Below, piece by piece: positions 19,384-30,821 of a stretch of DNA of 64,000 nt (position 1 is its first letter; each line of letters begins with the position of its first letter). The position numbers were made by a program, and so were the translations under genes. Source of the stretch: Candidatus Binatia bacterium. GTDB lineage: Bacteria > Desulfobacterota > Binatia > HRBIN30. The stretch is from NCBI GenBank assembly GCA_038245295.1, contig JBBRSP010000008.1, positions 177,985 to 241,984 of the forward strand, written 5' to 3'. Below the pieces are notes generated by a model, which made no database searches, was not told the DNA's origin, and saw nothing but the letters and a program-made list of their open reading frames with translations.

Positions 19384-20103
19384 ATGAAGATCAAGGCAAT
19401 GATTACGGCGGCGGCGTTTGTTACGGCGGGTGCACTCTCGGCCCACGCGTATGAGGGTGGCGCGGTAACCGACGGTGGCACGATCACCGGTCAAGTGAAG
19501 CTACAGGGCACGGCGCCGGCGCCGAAGCCGATCGAAGTGACCAAGGACAAGGAAGTCTGCGGTAAGACCGCCAAGGTCAACCGTGAGCTCATCGTCAACA
19601 ACGGTGGCATCCAATACGCCGTCGTTCAGATCACCAACATCACCAAGGGCAAAGCCGAGTCGGCGACAAATGCCCTGGATCAGAATGGTTGCGAGTACCA
19701 ACCGCACATCGTCCTGGTGCCTGTCGGCAAGCCGTTCGACATCAAGAACTCGGACGGCATCAACCACAACGTACACGCGTTCGGAAAGACCAATTCGGAG
19801 TGGAACAAGGCGACGCCAGGGTTCTTCACCAAGGCGAACAAGTCGCTGCAAGTGCAGTTCGACAAGCCGGAATACGTCCGTGTCGGCTGCGACGTCCACT
19901 CGTGGATGGCCGGCTGGTTCGTCGTTCGTGAACACCCGTACTACGAGGTCACTGATGCCAACGGCATGTACAAGATGACCGACGTTCCTCCGGGCGACTA
20001 CGAAGTGAAGGTCTGGCACGAAAAACTTGGCGAGAAGACCGCCAAGGTCACCGTTCCGGCCAAGGGTGAAGCGAAGCTCGATTTCGAATTGCCAATGAAG
20101 TAG
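19384..20103 (+). CDS. Exported cupredoxin-like protein with carboxypeptidase-regulatory-like flanks
   Basis: Signal peptide (AHA cleavage site), HNVH...CDVHSWM type-1 Cu ligand pattern, VPPGDYEVKVWHE. Confidence 0.8.
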   Translation: MKIKAMITAAAFVTAGALSAHAYEGGAVTDGGTITGQVKLQGTAPAPKPIEVTKDKEVCGKTAKVNRELIVNNGGIQYAVVQITNITKGKAESATNALDQNGCEYQPHIVLVPVGKPFDIKNSDGINHNVHAFGKTNSEWNKATPGFFTKANKSLQVQFDKPEYVRVGCDVHSWMAGWFVVREHPYYEVTDANGMYKMTDVPPGDYEVKVWHEKLGEKTAKVTVPAKGEAKLDFELPMK

Positions 20104-20126
20104 CGCGAATCCACAAACCAACACAC

Positions 20127-20169
20127 CGACGCGGCCCGCTAAAGCAGCGCGCCGCGTCGTTGCGTTTTT
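20127..20169 (+). terminator. Possible intrinsic terminator after the Rieske/cyt b operon
   Basis: CGACGCGGC / GCCGCGTCG stem followed by TTGCGTTTTT. Confidence 0.55.
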
Positions 20170-20184
20170 CGAGCTCAAACACGG

Positions 20185-21114
20185 ATGCACGCGACCGAAA
20201 CATTTCAACCCTGGCCTTTCCGCCTGGCCGCACTGACGGCACTCGTCACGTTGCTGCTGATTGTCGTTGGTGGATTGGTCACGAATACGGGATCGGCCCT
20301 CGCCGTTCCCGATTGGCCAACTACGTTTGGGCATAACATGTTCACGTACCCGCCGTCCCAAATGGTTGGTGGAATCTTCTACGAGCACAGCCACCGCTTG
20401 CTCGGTAGCCTCGTTGGTATGCTGACGATCGGCTTATGCTTCACCCTCTGGCGCTTCGAGACACGCCGCTGGGTCCGACGGCTCGGCGTGGTTGCCTTGC
20501 TGGGCGTCATCGCACAGGGCATCCTCGGCGGGATGCGCGTCGTTCTCCTGGAGCATGGCCTCGCCGTGATTCACGGTTGCTTTGCCGAGGCCTTCTTTGG
20601 TTTGGCGGTGTCGCTCGCCGTCGTCACGTCACGAGCCTGGTTCGCGGGGATCTCCATCAACGCCGCCCCCCCGAAGCTGCGCCTGCTGGCGCGGGCGTTG
20701 CCCGTCTGTGTCTACATCCAGATGGTGCTGGGTGCCTTCGTCACCCACCGTGGCGCCCTCGTATGGTTTCATATCGGCGGGGCTGGCGCCGTACTGGTCC
20801 TTGCTGCTTCCCTTGGGGCGATGATCTTGCCACGTCGTGACGAATCCGTGCGCCTGCGTCGCCCGGCGGCGCTACTCCTCGGCCTGTTGGGTGTTCAGCT
20901 GAGCCTCGGATTGGGTGCCTACCTTTGGCACTTCACGCAATTGTCCGACGGGGTACCTTTCCTAGCCGGGTTGAGCGTACTGGCTCTGCACCGCTTCACC
21001 GGCGCGGCCGTGTGGGCGACCTCGGTCGTCTTGAGCCTGCGCCTCCTGCGCGCCATGGGCAAGGCGGCACACCTCGGTTTCACGGTAGCGGCTCGACCTC
21101 AGGCGGTTGCGTAA
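20185..21114 (+). CDS. ctaA: Heme A synthase (COX15/CtaA)
   Basis: GGLVT...PDWP, EHSHR, LGG, IHG and later conserved His residues across 8 TMs. Confidence 0.9.
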   Translation: MHATETFQPWPFRLAALTALVTLLLIVVGGLVTNTGSALAVPDWPTTFGHNMFTYPPSQMVGGIFYEHSHRLLGSLVGMLTIGLCFTLWRFETRRWVRRLGVVALLGVIAQGILGGMRVVLLEHGLAVIHGCFAEAFFGLAVSLAVVTSRAWFAGISINAAPPKLRLLARALPVCVYIQMVLGAFVTHRGALVWFHIGGAGAVLVLAASLGAMILPRRDESVRLRRPAALLLGLLGVQLSLGLGAYLWHFTQLSDGVPFLAGLSVLALHRFTGAAVWATSVVLSLRLLRAMGKAAHLGFTVAARPQAVA

Positions 21115-21115
21115 G

Positions 21116-22033
21116 ATGGATACTCGCGAAGTAGCCGCCGACGAGGCTGGACCGTTCAAGCGTATCTCCGACTTTGTCGAACTCGGTAAGCCGCGCGTTG
21201 TTCTGATGGTGCTAATCACTACGTGGGTCGGCTTCTATCTGGGCAGCAGTGGCCCGCAGGACTTTCTCTTGCTGTTCCCGACCCTGATCGGGACGGGGCT
21301 CGCTGCCGCCGGAACTCTGGCACTCAACGAGTACATCGAGCGCGACATCGATGCCCTGATGCACCGCACACGGTCGCGACCCTTGCCCGACGGACGGGTT
21401 CTTCCTGCCGAGGCGCTCTGGTTCGGCGTGGTGACGACACTGACCGGCCTGGCCTACCTGGCGCTCGCCGTGAATTGGCTCAGTTGCGCCGTGACGGCGT
21501 CGATTACCGTCACGTACCTCTTCCTCTACACGCCGATGAAACGCACCTCACCGTTCTGCACCCTGGTTGGTTCGGTTCCGGGAGCTCTGCCTCCGGTAAC
21601 CGGCTGGGCAGCGGCACGCGGTGATCTGAGCGTCGAGCCGTGGGTCCTGTTCGCCATCATGTTCCTGTGGCAGCTGCCGCACTCCTTGGCGATCGCTCGT
21701 TTGTATCGTGACGACTACGCGCGCGGCGGGATTCTGCTGCTGCCGGTGGTCGAACCCGACTCGCACACGACGGCATTGCAAGTCGTCATCAACACGTTCG
21801 CCCTGTTGGTTGTCGCCATGCTGCCCACACTGATCGGTATGGCGGGGCGAATCTACTTCGTGACGGCGTTCCTCTTTGGTCTGCTCTTTCTGTATTACGC
21901 GGTCTTGTTCGCGCGCCATCGCACGGCGCCGGCCGCACGCCGTCTGCTTTTCGCATCACTGATTTATCTGCCGGCGCTGTTTGTCGTCCTGGCACTCGAT
22001 AAGTCGCCGGTGCTGGTCCTGATCTCACACTAA
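21116..22033 (+). CDS. ctaB: Heme O synthase (protoheme IX farnesyltransferase)
   Basis: KPR, NEYIERDIDALMHRTRSRPLP, YTPMKR, WQLPH, DDY motifs. Confidence 0.95.
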   Translation: MDTREVAADEAGPFKRISDFVELGKPRVVLMVLITTWVGFYLGSSGPQDFLLLFPTLIGTGLAAAGTLALNEYIERDIDALMHRTRSRPLPDGRVLPAEALWFGVVTTLTGLAYLALAVNWLSCAVTASITVTYLFLYTPMKRTSPFCTLVGSVPGALPPVTGWAAARGDLSVEPWVLFAIMFLWQLPHSLAIARLYRDDYARGGILLLPVVEPDSHTTALQVVINTFALLVVAMLPTLIGMAGRIYFVTAFLFGLLFLYYAVLFARHRTAPAARRLLFASLIYLPALFVVLALDKSPVLVLISH

Positions 22034-22069
22034 GCGTCAATCACCGAAGTGCGCGGCCAGCGCCCTTGC

Positions 22070-22744
22070 TCAATCGAACAGCGCCGCCACAATCCCGTCT
22101 AGATCGTTGACGGTGATTTGCCCGTTACCGTCGACATCCGCAAAGGCGCAGCCGTCACCGGTGACCGTGCCGAGTCGGTGGACAGTCGCCGTAGAATCAG
22201 CTGCCGAGCGCTGCAGATCACAGTTTGCATCGGCGAAGTTCTCGGCCGCGCGCACGAACACATCAAGGGTGGCGGTTGCGGATTCATCGCCCAGCCTGCT
22301 GCCAGTGCCGTTGGCGCTCAATCCGGCGCCGAAGATTCGGTAATGGCCCTCCTGGGCGGGCGCACGCCATCGGAACAGCCAGGACGTCACGTTATCGATG
22401 GCTTGTTTCGGCTCCGTATGGGTGAGCTCGGCGCCCTCGGTTCGTTCCCCTTCGCCTTCGATGACCTCGAGCGTGCCGCCATTCGCTGCGATGTCGAAGC
22501 CGGCGACGAATTGACGCGGGTTGGTGGATGTCACTGAGAAGAGGAAACTTGCCGTCGAGTTGGTGGCAGCGCCGCGGGGGCCGTCGAACTCAACGTCGGG
22601 GACCGACCCCCCGGCGTGGCAGTTATCGCTGCATGAGTCGCCGCCCTTGCCGGAGTAGCCACCAATCCCGTTGCGTAGCGCGTTGCTCGCGCCACCGAGG
22701 AGCACACACAGCCCGACAATAAAAATCTGCAGGAGGCTCCTCAC
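22070..22744 (-). CDS. Secreted Reeler-like protein with CxxxCH motif and dockerin-like tail
   Basis: Signal peptide, CSDNCH, ELTH...WLFRWRAP...ANG Reeler-like region, ADANCD / ADVDGNGQITVNDL Ca-loop repeats. GTGA overlap with the upstream gene. Confidence 0.65.
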   Translation of the reverse strand: MRSLLQIFIVGLCVLLGGASNALRNGIGGYSGKGGDSCSDNCHAGGSVPDVEFDGPRGAATNSTASFLFSVTSTNPRQFVAGFDIAANGGTLEVIEGEGERTEGAELTHTEPKQAIDNVTSWLFRWRAPAQEGHYRIFGAGLSANGTGSRLGDESATATLDVFVRAAENFADANCDLQRSAADSTATVHRLGTVTGDGCAFADVDGNGQITVNDLDGIVAALFD

Positions 22745-24507
22745 CGCAACACGCAGTGGCCTAACTGGCAGGCACCGGTCGGGGCTTCAAGAACCGGGCA
22801 GGGGATCCCGTCGGGGGCTGCTTCTGTCTGGCAGCCACCCGGCCCGTGGAAGTCATTTGTGCAAACATCGCCGTCGTCGCACAACTCGGTCGGGCAATCC
22901 GCAGCATCGGGCAGGCAATAGGCGCTGATCTGACTCGGCGACAGCGAGGTCTGGTACGCGTCACCCTCTGGATTGCCGCCACGATCGCCCACGCCGGCAC
23001 CAAAGAAGATTTCGCCTTCGAACGGCGTAGCGGCTGAGGCGACGGGACCGATCGGTGGAAAGCTGCGCAACAGCCGGCCACTCGCGGCGTCGCGAGCCGT
23101 CATTCCCCCGAAGAGACTGCCCATGAATGTCACCCCTGGAATTGCCGTCGTCGGCGAGTAGCTGGGTGCCGCCGATCGATCGCTCCATAAGACTTCGCCG
23201 TCCGCCAAGTTCAGGCTCCAGGCCGCCGGCTTCTGCGGCATCTCCAGCGACAGGCCGATGGCGGTGGTGAACAAGATCCTCTCCGGTGTAACGGCGGCGC
23301 TGGCGATGATGCCACCAATGGCCCCGCCAGGCACAACCTTGCGTTGCCAATAGGGTTCGACGCGACCGCTGGCCTGATTCGTACCCTCGCGGTCGAGGAC
23401 GTAGTAGGTACCATCCTTGTTGCCGATGCCCAGGACATCGCGTTTGGTGCCGGCGACATCGATGCTGAAGAGATTAGGCAGGGCTCCCCAGGATAGATCG
23501 TCGAGATCGATTTCGCGTGGTCGCCACACCCACACCGGTGTGCCATCGAAGCGCAATGCGAAGACAGCTTCGTCGTATGGCGGCATGGTCGGGCCCGGGA
23601 TCGGCGTCTCCGGGTCGTCGTCGGTGTCGCAGTTGCTGGAGGCCGTGAAGATCATGCGACGTTGCGTATCGACGGAAAACGAGGACCACACATTGCCGCA
23701 CTGGGTGCCGGAGCGATCGAAGTTGCAACCCGGGCGCGTGGCAAAGAAGTCGCTGGGGAGACCGAGCTCCGCGGCGCTGTGGTATCCGTCGAAACGGCGG
23801 ATGCGTTCGTCGGCGCGTGGCCGACAGGTGGCGCCGGATTCGAGGTCGAAGAACCAGGCCATGTGACCGTCGAGCGCATCGACGGCGTACGCACCACCTT
23901 TGCCGCCCTGGTCATTGGTGTCCATGCCGAAGAACACGAGCCCGTCGACGACCGCCGGCGACGATTCGATCTCGTTGCGTTCGGTGCGCGGCGTACACGT
24001 GGTGCACCCGGAGCCGGCGTCGAACTGCCAGCGCAAAGTGCCATTGGCGGCGGCGAGCGAATACATGGTCATGCCACCGGCGACGAAGACACGTGCCTCA
24101 CCGCCAACGATCGCCAGCGCCGCGGACGATGATTCCGGATACGATGCGCCGGGTTGTGGTTTCATCGCGAACTGCCAGAGACGGGAGCCGTTGGATGCAC
24201 GCAGCGCGTAGAGGTTGGCGTCCCACGAGGTGACGAAGACGACCTTGATCCGACCCTCGGCCGGGACATCGATGTAGCCGACGGTGGGCGACGCGGTCAC
24301 GACGGCAGCCGTGCGGAACAGCCACTTGGGCTGCAGCGTTGCCACGTTCTGGCGTGTGAGGTGGGTCTCCGACGCATTGTAGAAATTCCGGTCGAGCGAG
24401 GCCCCGTACGTTGTCCAGCCGGAGATAGTCGAAGGGGCAGACGCCGCGGAGGGGACTTTGGCTTCCTCTCCGCACGCACCAAGCGCCAGAGCCAAAGCGA
24501 CGACCAT
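22741..24507 (-). CDS. PQQ-type beta-propeller lipoprotein (polyvinyl-alcohol-dehydrogenase-like)
   Basis: Lipobox LGAC, repeated ALxAxxGxxxW PQQ-enzyme motifs, Cys-rich C-terminus (CDDGDVCTND). Start may be 24507 or 24534. Confidence 0.8.
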   Translation of the reverse strand: MVVALALALGACGEEAKVPSAASAPSTISGWTTYGASLDRNFYNASETHLTRQNVATLQPKWLFRTAAVVTASPTVGYIDVPAEGRIKVVFVTSWDANLYALRASNGSRLWQFAMKPQPGASYPESSSAALAIVGGEARVFVAGGMTMYSLAAANGTLRWQFDAGSGCTTCTPRTERNEIESSPAVVDGLVFFGMDTNDQGGKGGAYAVDALDGHMAWFFDLESGATCRPRADERIRRFDGYHSAAELGLPSDFFATRPGCNFDRSGTQCGNVWSSFSVDTQRRMIFTASSNCDTDDDPETPIPGPTMPPYDEAVFALRFDGTPVWVWRPREIDLDDLSWGALPNLFSIDVAGTKRDVLGIGNKDGTYYVLDREGTNQASGRVEPYWQRKVVPGGAIGGIIASAAVTPERILFTTAIGLSLEMPQKPAAWSLNLADGEVLWSDRSAAPSYSPTTAIPGVTFMGSLFGGMTARDAASGRLLRSFPPIGPVASAATPFEGEIFFGAGVGDRGGNPEGDAYQTSLSPSQISAYCLPDAADCPTELCDDGDVCTNDFHGPGGCQTEAAPDGIPCPVLEAPTGACQLGHCVLR

Positions 24508-24683
24508 CGCGCGGTAAACCTTTGCTGAGCGCAAGGTTCTCGGCTATCGCAGCCGGTGGGAAACGTCAAACGATCGAGGACCAGTTTCTGGCAGCGGTAC
24601 CTGACGCTCACCCGCGGTCCTGCCAGAGGCTTCGAGACATCACTCGAGGTACACGGTCGTGAGAACTCCCAACGGAGGTGTCG

Positions 24684-24712
24684 TTGACTCAGGTATGCCC
24701 ATCGGTTAATTG
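24684..24712 (+). promoter_or_regulatory. Putative sigma70 promoter for the riboswitch leader
   Basis: TTGACT at 24684-24689, AT-rich TTAATT 16 bp downstream, immediately before the aptamer. Confidence 0.4.
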
Positions 24713-24717
24713 CGGCG

Positions 24718-24801
24718 GCAGATTTTTGCTCCGCACAACTGGCGAATACGTGGAATCGACCACGAGGAAGTGCTGATCTGCAGTGCGCCGACCGCCTGGG
24801 C
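24718..24801 (+). ncRNA. ZMP/ZTP (pfl) riboswitch aptamer
   Basis: GCAC-AACTGGCGAATA-CGTGG-AATCGA-CCACG-AGGAA-GTGC (P1/P2), then 3' GCGCCGACCGCCTGGGC. TGGCG/CGCCT pseudoknot pairing as in the known consensus. Confidence 0.88.
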
Positions 24802-24832
24802 CTCTGAGTTGTAGAGGTTCAGGCTTTTTTTT
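24794..24832 (+). terminator. Intrinsic terminator forming the riboswitch expression platform
   Basis: 12-bp stem GCCTGGGCCTCT / AGAGGTTCAGGC (2 G-U pairs) plus T8. Its left arm overlaps the aptamer 3' end. Confidence 0.88.
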
Positions 24833-24849
24833 GCCGGAGAGGATTTATC

Positions 24850-26001
24850 GTGATCAAGGACTATCTGCTCGCCCCAGGCCCAACACCCGTGCCCGCGCGC
24901 GTATTGCTCGCCATGGCGCACCCCATCATCCACCATCGTACACCGCAATTCAGCGCGGTCTTTGCCGATGCGAAGAACATGTTGAAGAAACTGTTCCAAA
25001 CCGAGCAGGACGTGTTGATGCTGGCCGCATCGGGAACCGGCGCGATGGAGAGCGCGGTTACCAACCTCTTCAATCCTGGTGACGAGATTCTTGTCATCAA
25101 CGCCGGCAAGTTCGGCGAACGCTGGACCAAAATCGCCGCCAAGTACGGCCTCAAGGTCACCGAGATGAAGCTCGAGTGGGGCACCGCGGCACGTGTTGCT
25201 GATGTGCAGAAGGCTCTCGATGCCAATCCGGCCATCCGCGCCGTGGCCCTACAGGCCAGTGAGACGTCGACGGCTGCCGTGCATCCAGTGGCGGAGATTG
25301 CCGCCATTACGCGGCAGCGCGACGTCCTGTCGATCGTTGACGGCATCACGGCGGTTGGCGTGTACGACCTGCCGATGGACAAGCTTAGCATCGATGTCCT
25401 GATCACCGGCTCCCAAAAGGCGCTCATGCTGCCGCCGGGATTGGCTTTTATTGCGCTGAGTGAGCGTGCCTGGCAACGGACCAAAGAGGCGAAACTGCCG
25501 CGCTTCTATTTCGATCTCAACAAAGAGCGCGAGAATTTGGCGCAAAACACCACCGCGTGGACACCGGCGATCTCCTTGATCATTGGTTTGCGCGAAGCTC
25601 TGTCGATGATTTTCGAAGAGGGCTTGGACAAGGTCTTCGCGCGCCACGCGCGCATGGCCGCGGCGACGCGTGCGGCGGCGAGGGAGCTCGGGCTCAAGCT
25701 CGTAGCGCCTGATGCACCGAGTCCGGCCGTAACCGGCATCTACGTGCCGGAGGGTGTCGAAGGCGGCAAGCTGGTGTCCTACCTGCGCGATAAGATGGGC
25801 GTGACCTTCATGGGCGGGCAAGACCAGCTCAAGGGCAAGATCGTCCGGATCGGGCACCTGGGTTACATGGGTGCCTTCGACATGGTGACGGCGATCGCGG
25901 CGCTTGAGATGGCTCTGTCTCATTTCGGGCACAAGGTTCCCCTTGGTCGTGGCGTCGGCGCCGCCCAAGAACTTCTGATGTCCGCTCTGCCACCGAGGTG
26001 A
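24850..26001 (+). CDS. Class V PLP aminotransferase (serine-glyoxylate/phosphoserine aminotransferase-like)
   Basis: PGPTP, HHR, SGTGAME, VDGIT, GSQKALMLPPGL and RIGHLG motifs. 3 bp upstream of serA. Confidence 0.9.
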   Translation: MIKDYLLAPGPTPVPARVLLAMAHPIIHHRTPQFSAVFADAKNMLKKLFQTEQDVLMLAASGTGAMESAVTNLFNPGDEILVINAGKFGERWTKIAAKYGLKVTEMKLEWGTAARVADVQKALDANPAIRAVALQASETSTAAVHPVAEIAAITRQRDVLSIVDGITAVGVYDLPMDKLSIDVLITGSQKALMLPPGLAFIALSERAWQRTKEAKLPRFYFDLNKERENLAQNTTAWTPAISLIIGLREALSMIFEEGLDKVFARHARMAAATRAAARELGLKLVAPDAPSPAVTGIYVPEGVEGGKLVSYLRDKMGVTFMGGQDQLKGKIVRIGHLGYMGAFDMVTAIAALEMALSHFGHKVPLGRGVGAAQELLMSALPPR

Positions 26002-26004
26002 ATC

Positions 26005-28918
<2,914 letters not shown>

Positions 28919-29000
28919 CGTCCGCCGACCGATTGATACACCAGGATGCAACTTTCGGTTGCAACGTGCGCGAGGCGTTGATAGTCCCCGCAAACGCACA

Positions 29001-29867
29001 ATGTCTGGCACCCTCCATCGAACCTCGTCTCTCCTGGTGCGCTTCTGGGGGGTCCGGGGCAGCTATCCAGCCCCTGGGCGATCGACTGCCCGTATCGGCG
29101 GTAACTCTTCGTGTGTCGAGGTCGAAGCGGGCGGACAAACGCTTGTCTTCGATGCCGGCACCGGCATCATCGGGCTGGGAAAGAGCCTGATGAAACGGCG
29201 CACCAAGAAGGTGGTCCACATATTCCTCAGCCACCTGCATCACGATCACATCGAGGGCCTGCGCTATTTCGAGCCCATCTATCGCAGCGACTGGCAGTGC
29301 TACATCTACGGACCGCGCACGGGCACGCCATCGCTGAAGGACACCTTGCGACATACGATGGACGCGCGGTTGTTCCCGGTGGGACTCGATGAACTGAGTG
29401 CCCGCCTGTCGATTATTCCGGTGGAAAACACCGAGCGCATCGAGCTGCGCGGACGACCGCCACTAGCCGTGACGGCGCAGCACAGTGTGGCACACCCGAA
29501 GGTCGGCGTGACGATGTATAGGATCGAAGCCGCTAACCGGCGGATCGTCTACGCTACCGATGTCGAGGCCCCACGTGGTGGTCTCGAGGACGTGGTTGCC
29601 TTTGCCCAGGGGGCCGACTTGCTGATCCACGATGCGCAGTACACCGATCATGAGTACTTCAATCCCGGCGCCAACAAGGCTGGGTGGGGGCATAGCACCG
29701 TTCGTATGGCCGCCGAAGCGGCCAAGCAAGCACAGGTGAAGAAGTTGGTTCTGTATCACCACGATCCGTCACACGATGACAAACAGGTCGTCGAGTTGGA
29801 GCGACTGGCGAAAACACTCTTTCCCGCCACACGAACGGCACGCGAAGGGTTGGAGATCGCCCTTTAG
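29001..29867 (+). CDS. MBL-fold metallo-hydrolase (phosphodiesterase-like)
   Basis: RFWGVRGS, DAGTG, SHLHHDH, HDAQY, GWGHS and HHDP motifs. Confidence 0.9.
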   Translation: MSGTLHRTSSLLVRFWGVRGSYPAPGRSTARIGGNSSCVEVEAGGQTLVFDAGTGIIGLGKSLMKRRTKKVVHIFLSHLHHDHIEGLRYFEPIYRSDWQCYIYGPRTGTPSLKDTLRHTMDARLFPVGLDELSARLSIIPVENTERIELRGRPPLAVTAQHSVAHPKVGVTMYRIEAANRRIVYATDVEAPRGGLEDVVAFAQGADLLIHDAQYTDHEYFNPGANKAGWGHSTVRMAAEAAKQAQVKKLVLYHHDPSHDDKQVVELERLAKTLFPATRTAREGLEIAL

Positions 29868-29892
29868 TTCGACGCGTCGGTGGCCCAAAAAT

Positions 29893-29930
29893 ACAAAGAC
29901 CCGCACCGGCTGAGCCGGGCGGGTCTTTGT
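29893..29930. terminator. Bidirectional terminator between convergent genes
   Basis: ACAAAGACCCGC-A-CCGGC TGA GCCGG-GCGGGTCTTTGT, a 17-bp stem with one bulge. Confidence 0.75.
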
Positions 29931-29954
29931 CGTTGGAGGTAGTCTGTTGGTCGA

Positions 29955-30818
29955 TCAGTGATGGAAGACGATTCCCAGCTGCCCGGTTTGCTGCACGCCT
30001 AAGGGAGGCTGACCAATCAAGTGGGTCGCATCGCCGTCGCTGCCGACGTTGCGCACGACGCCGTTCTCGCTACCGGGGGCGCCACCCGGGGTCACGACGC
30101 CGGCACTGGCAACCTTGACCGAATTGCCGACTGCAATCGCGTGTGAACCACTCAAGCTTTCCGACCGACCCTGGCCGACGAAATCAAATCCATCGATGCG
30201 CTGCTTGAAGAACGAATCGCTGACACGGCGCGGGGCCGTCGGCAACTGCCCACGGGCAACGGTGGTGCTTTCGTTGGCTGTCACCAGGACGCCGGTCTCG
30301 GCGAGGTTGGCGAGGCTGTGAACATGCACCATACCGGTAATGCCGGTCACTTCGGTGAGCGCGGCCTCGGGATCGTAGACCATGGCGAATTCGGTGCCGC
30401 GGACTCCGGCGACGGCCGTTTCTGTTTTGATCTCATAGGAATTGCCGGGCTTGCCATAGTAGTCGCTGACGATTGCGCCGACCTTGCCCTTGAGCAGACT
30501 GAAAGCCGAGTGGGCCTTGCTGGCACTTGCATCAAAGACCTGATCGTCGACGGTAACCCGGGAATCGTCGCTGACGGTTAGGACGCTGTCGTCCTGGAAT
30601 ACCACCTTGATGCGACCCGGCTGCCCGGTGGCGAGTTGATCGCCGAGCTCGACAGGAGCGCCGACCTTCACTTCGATGGCTTGCCCACCGCGCCAGATGA
30701 AGGCCGTTCCTTCCGCGCCGGCTACTGTTCCGACTTCTGCCCATGCCGTCGCTGCCGCGAGGACACAGGCACTGCTGATCGCCGCACGGAACGCTGTCGA
30801 GAGAAATTTGTCACGCAT
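29955..30818 (-). CDS. Exported FecR-domain protein
   Basis: Signal peptide (AWA), GDQLATG, FQDDSVL, LLKG, TETAVAGVRGTEF. Confidence 0.88.
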   Translation of the reverse strand: MRDKFLSTAFRAAISSACVLAAATAWAEVGTVAGAEGTAFIWRGGQAIEVKVGAPVELGDQLATGQPGRIKVVFQDDSVLTVSDDSRVTVDDQVFDASASKAHSAFSLLKGKVGAIVSDYYGKPGNSYEIKTETAVAGVRGTEFAMVYDPEAALTEVTGITGMVHVHSLANLAETGVLVTANESTTVARGQLPTAPRRVSDSFFKQRIDGFDFVGQGRSESLSGSHAIAVGNSVKVASAGVVTPGGAPGSENGVVRNVGSDGDATHLIGQPPLGVQQTGQLGIVFHH

Positions 30819-30821
30819 GAT

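Noticed and set aside
28948..28964. Small palindrome TGCAAC-TTTCG-GTTGCA after purA
   Set aside because: Only a 6-bp stem with no U-tract; insufficient to call a terminator or operator.
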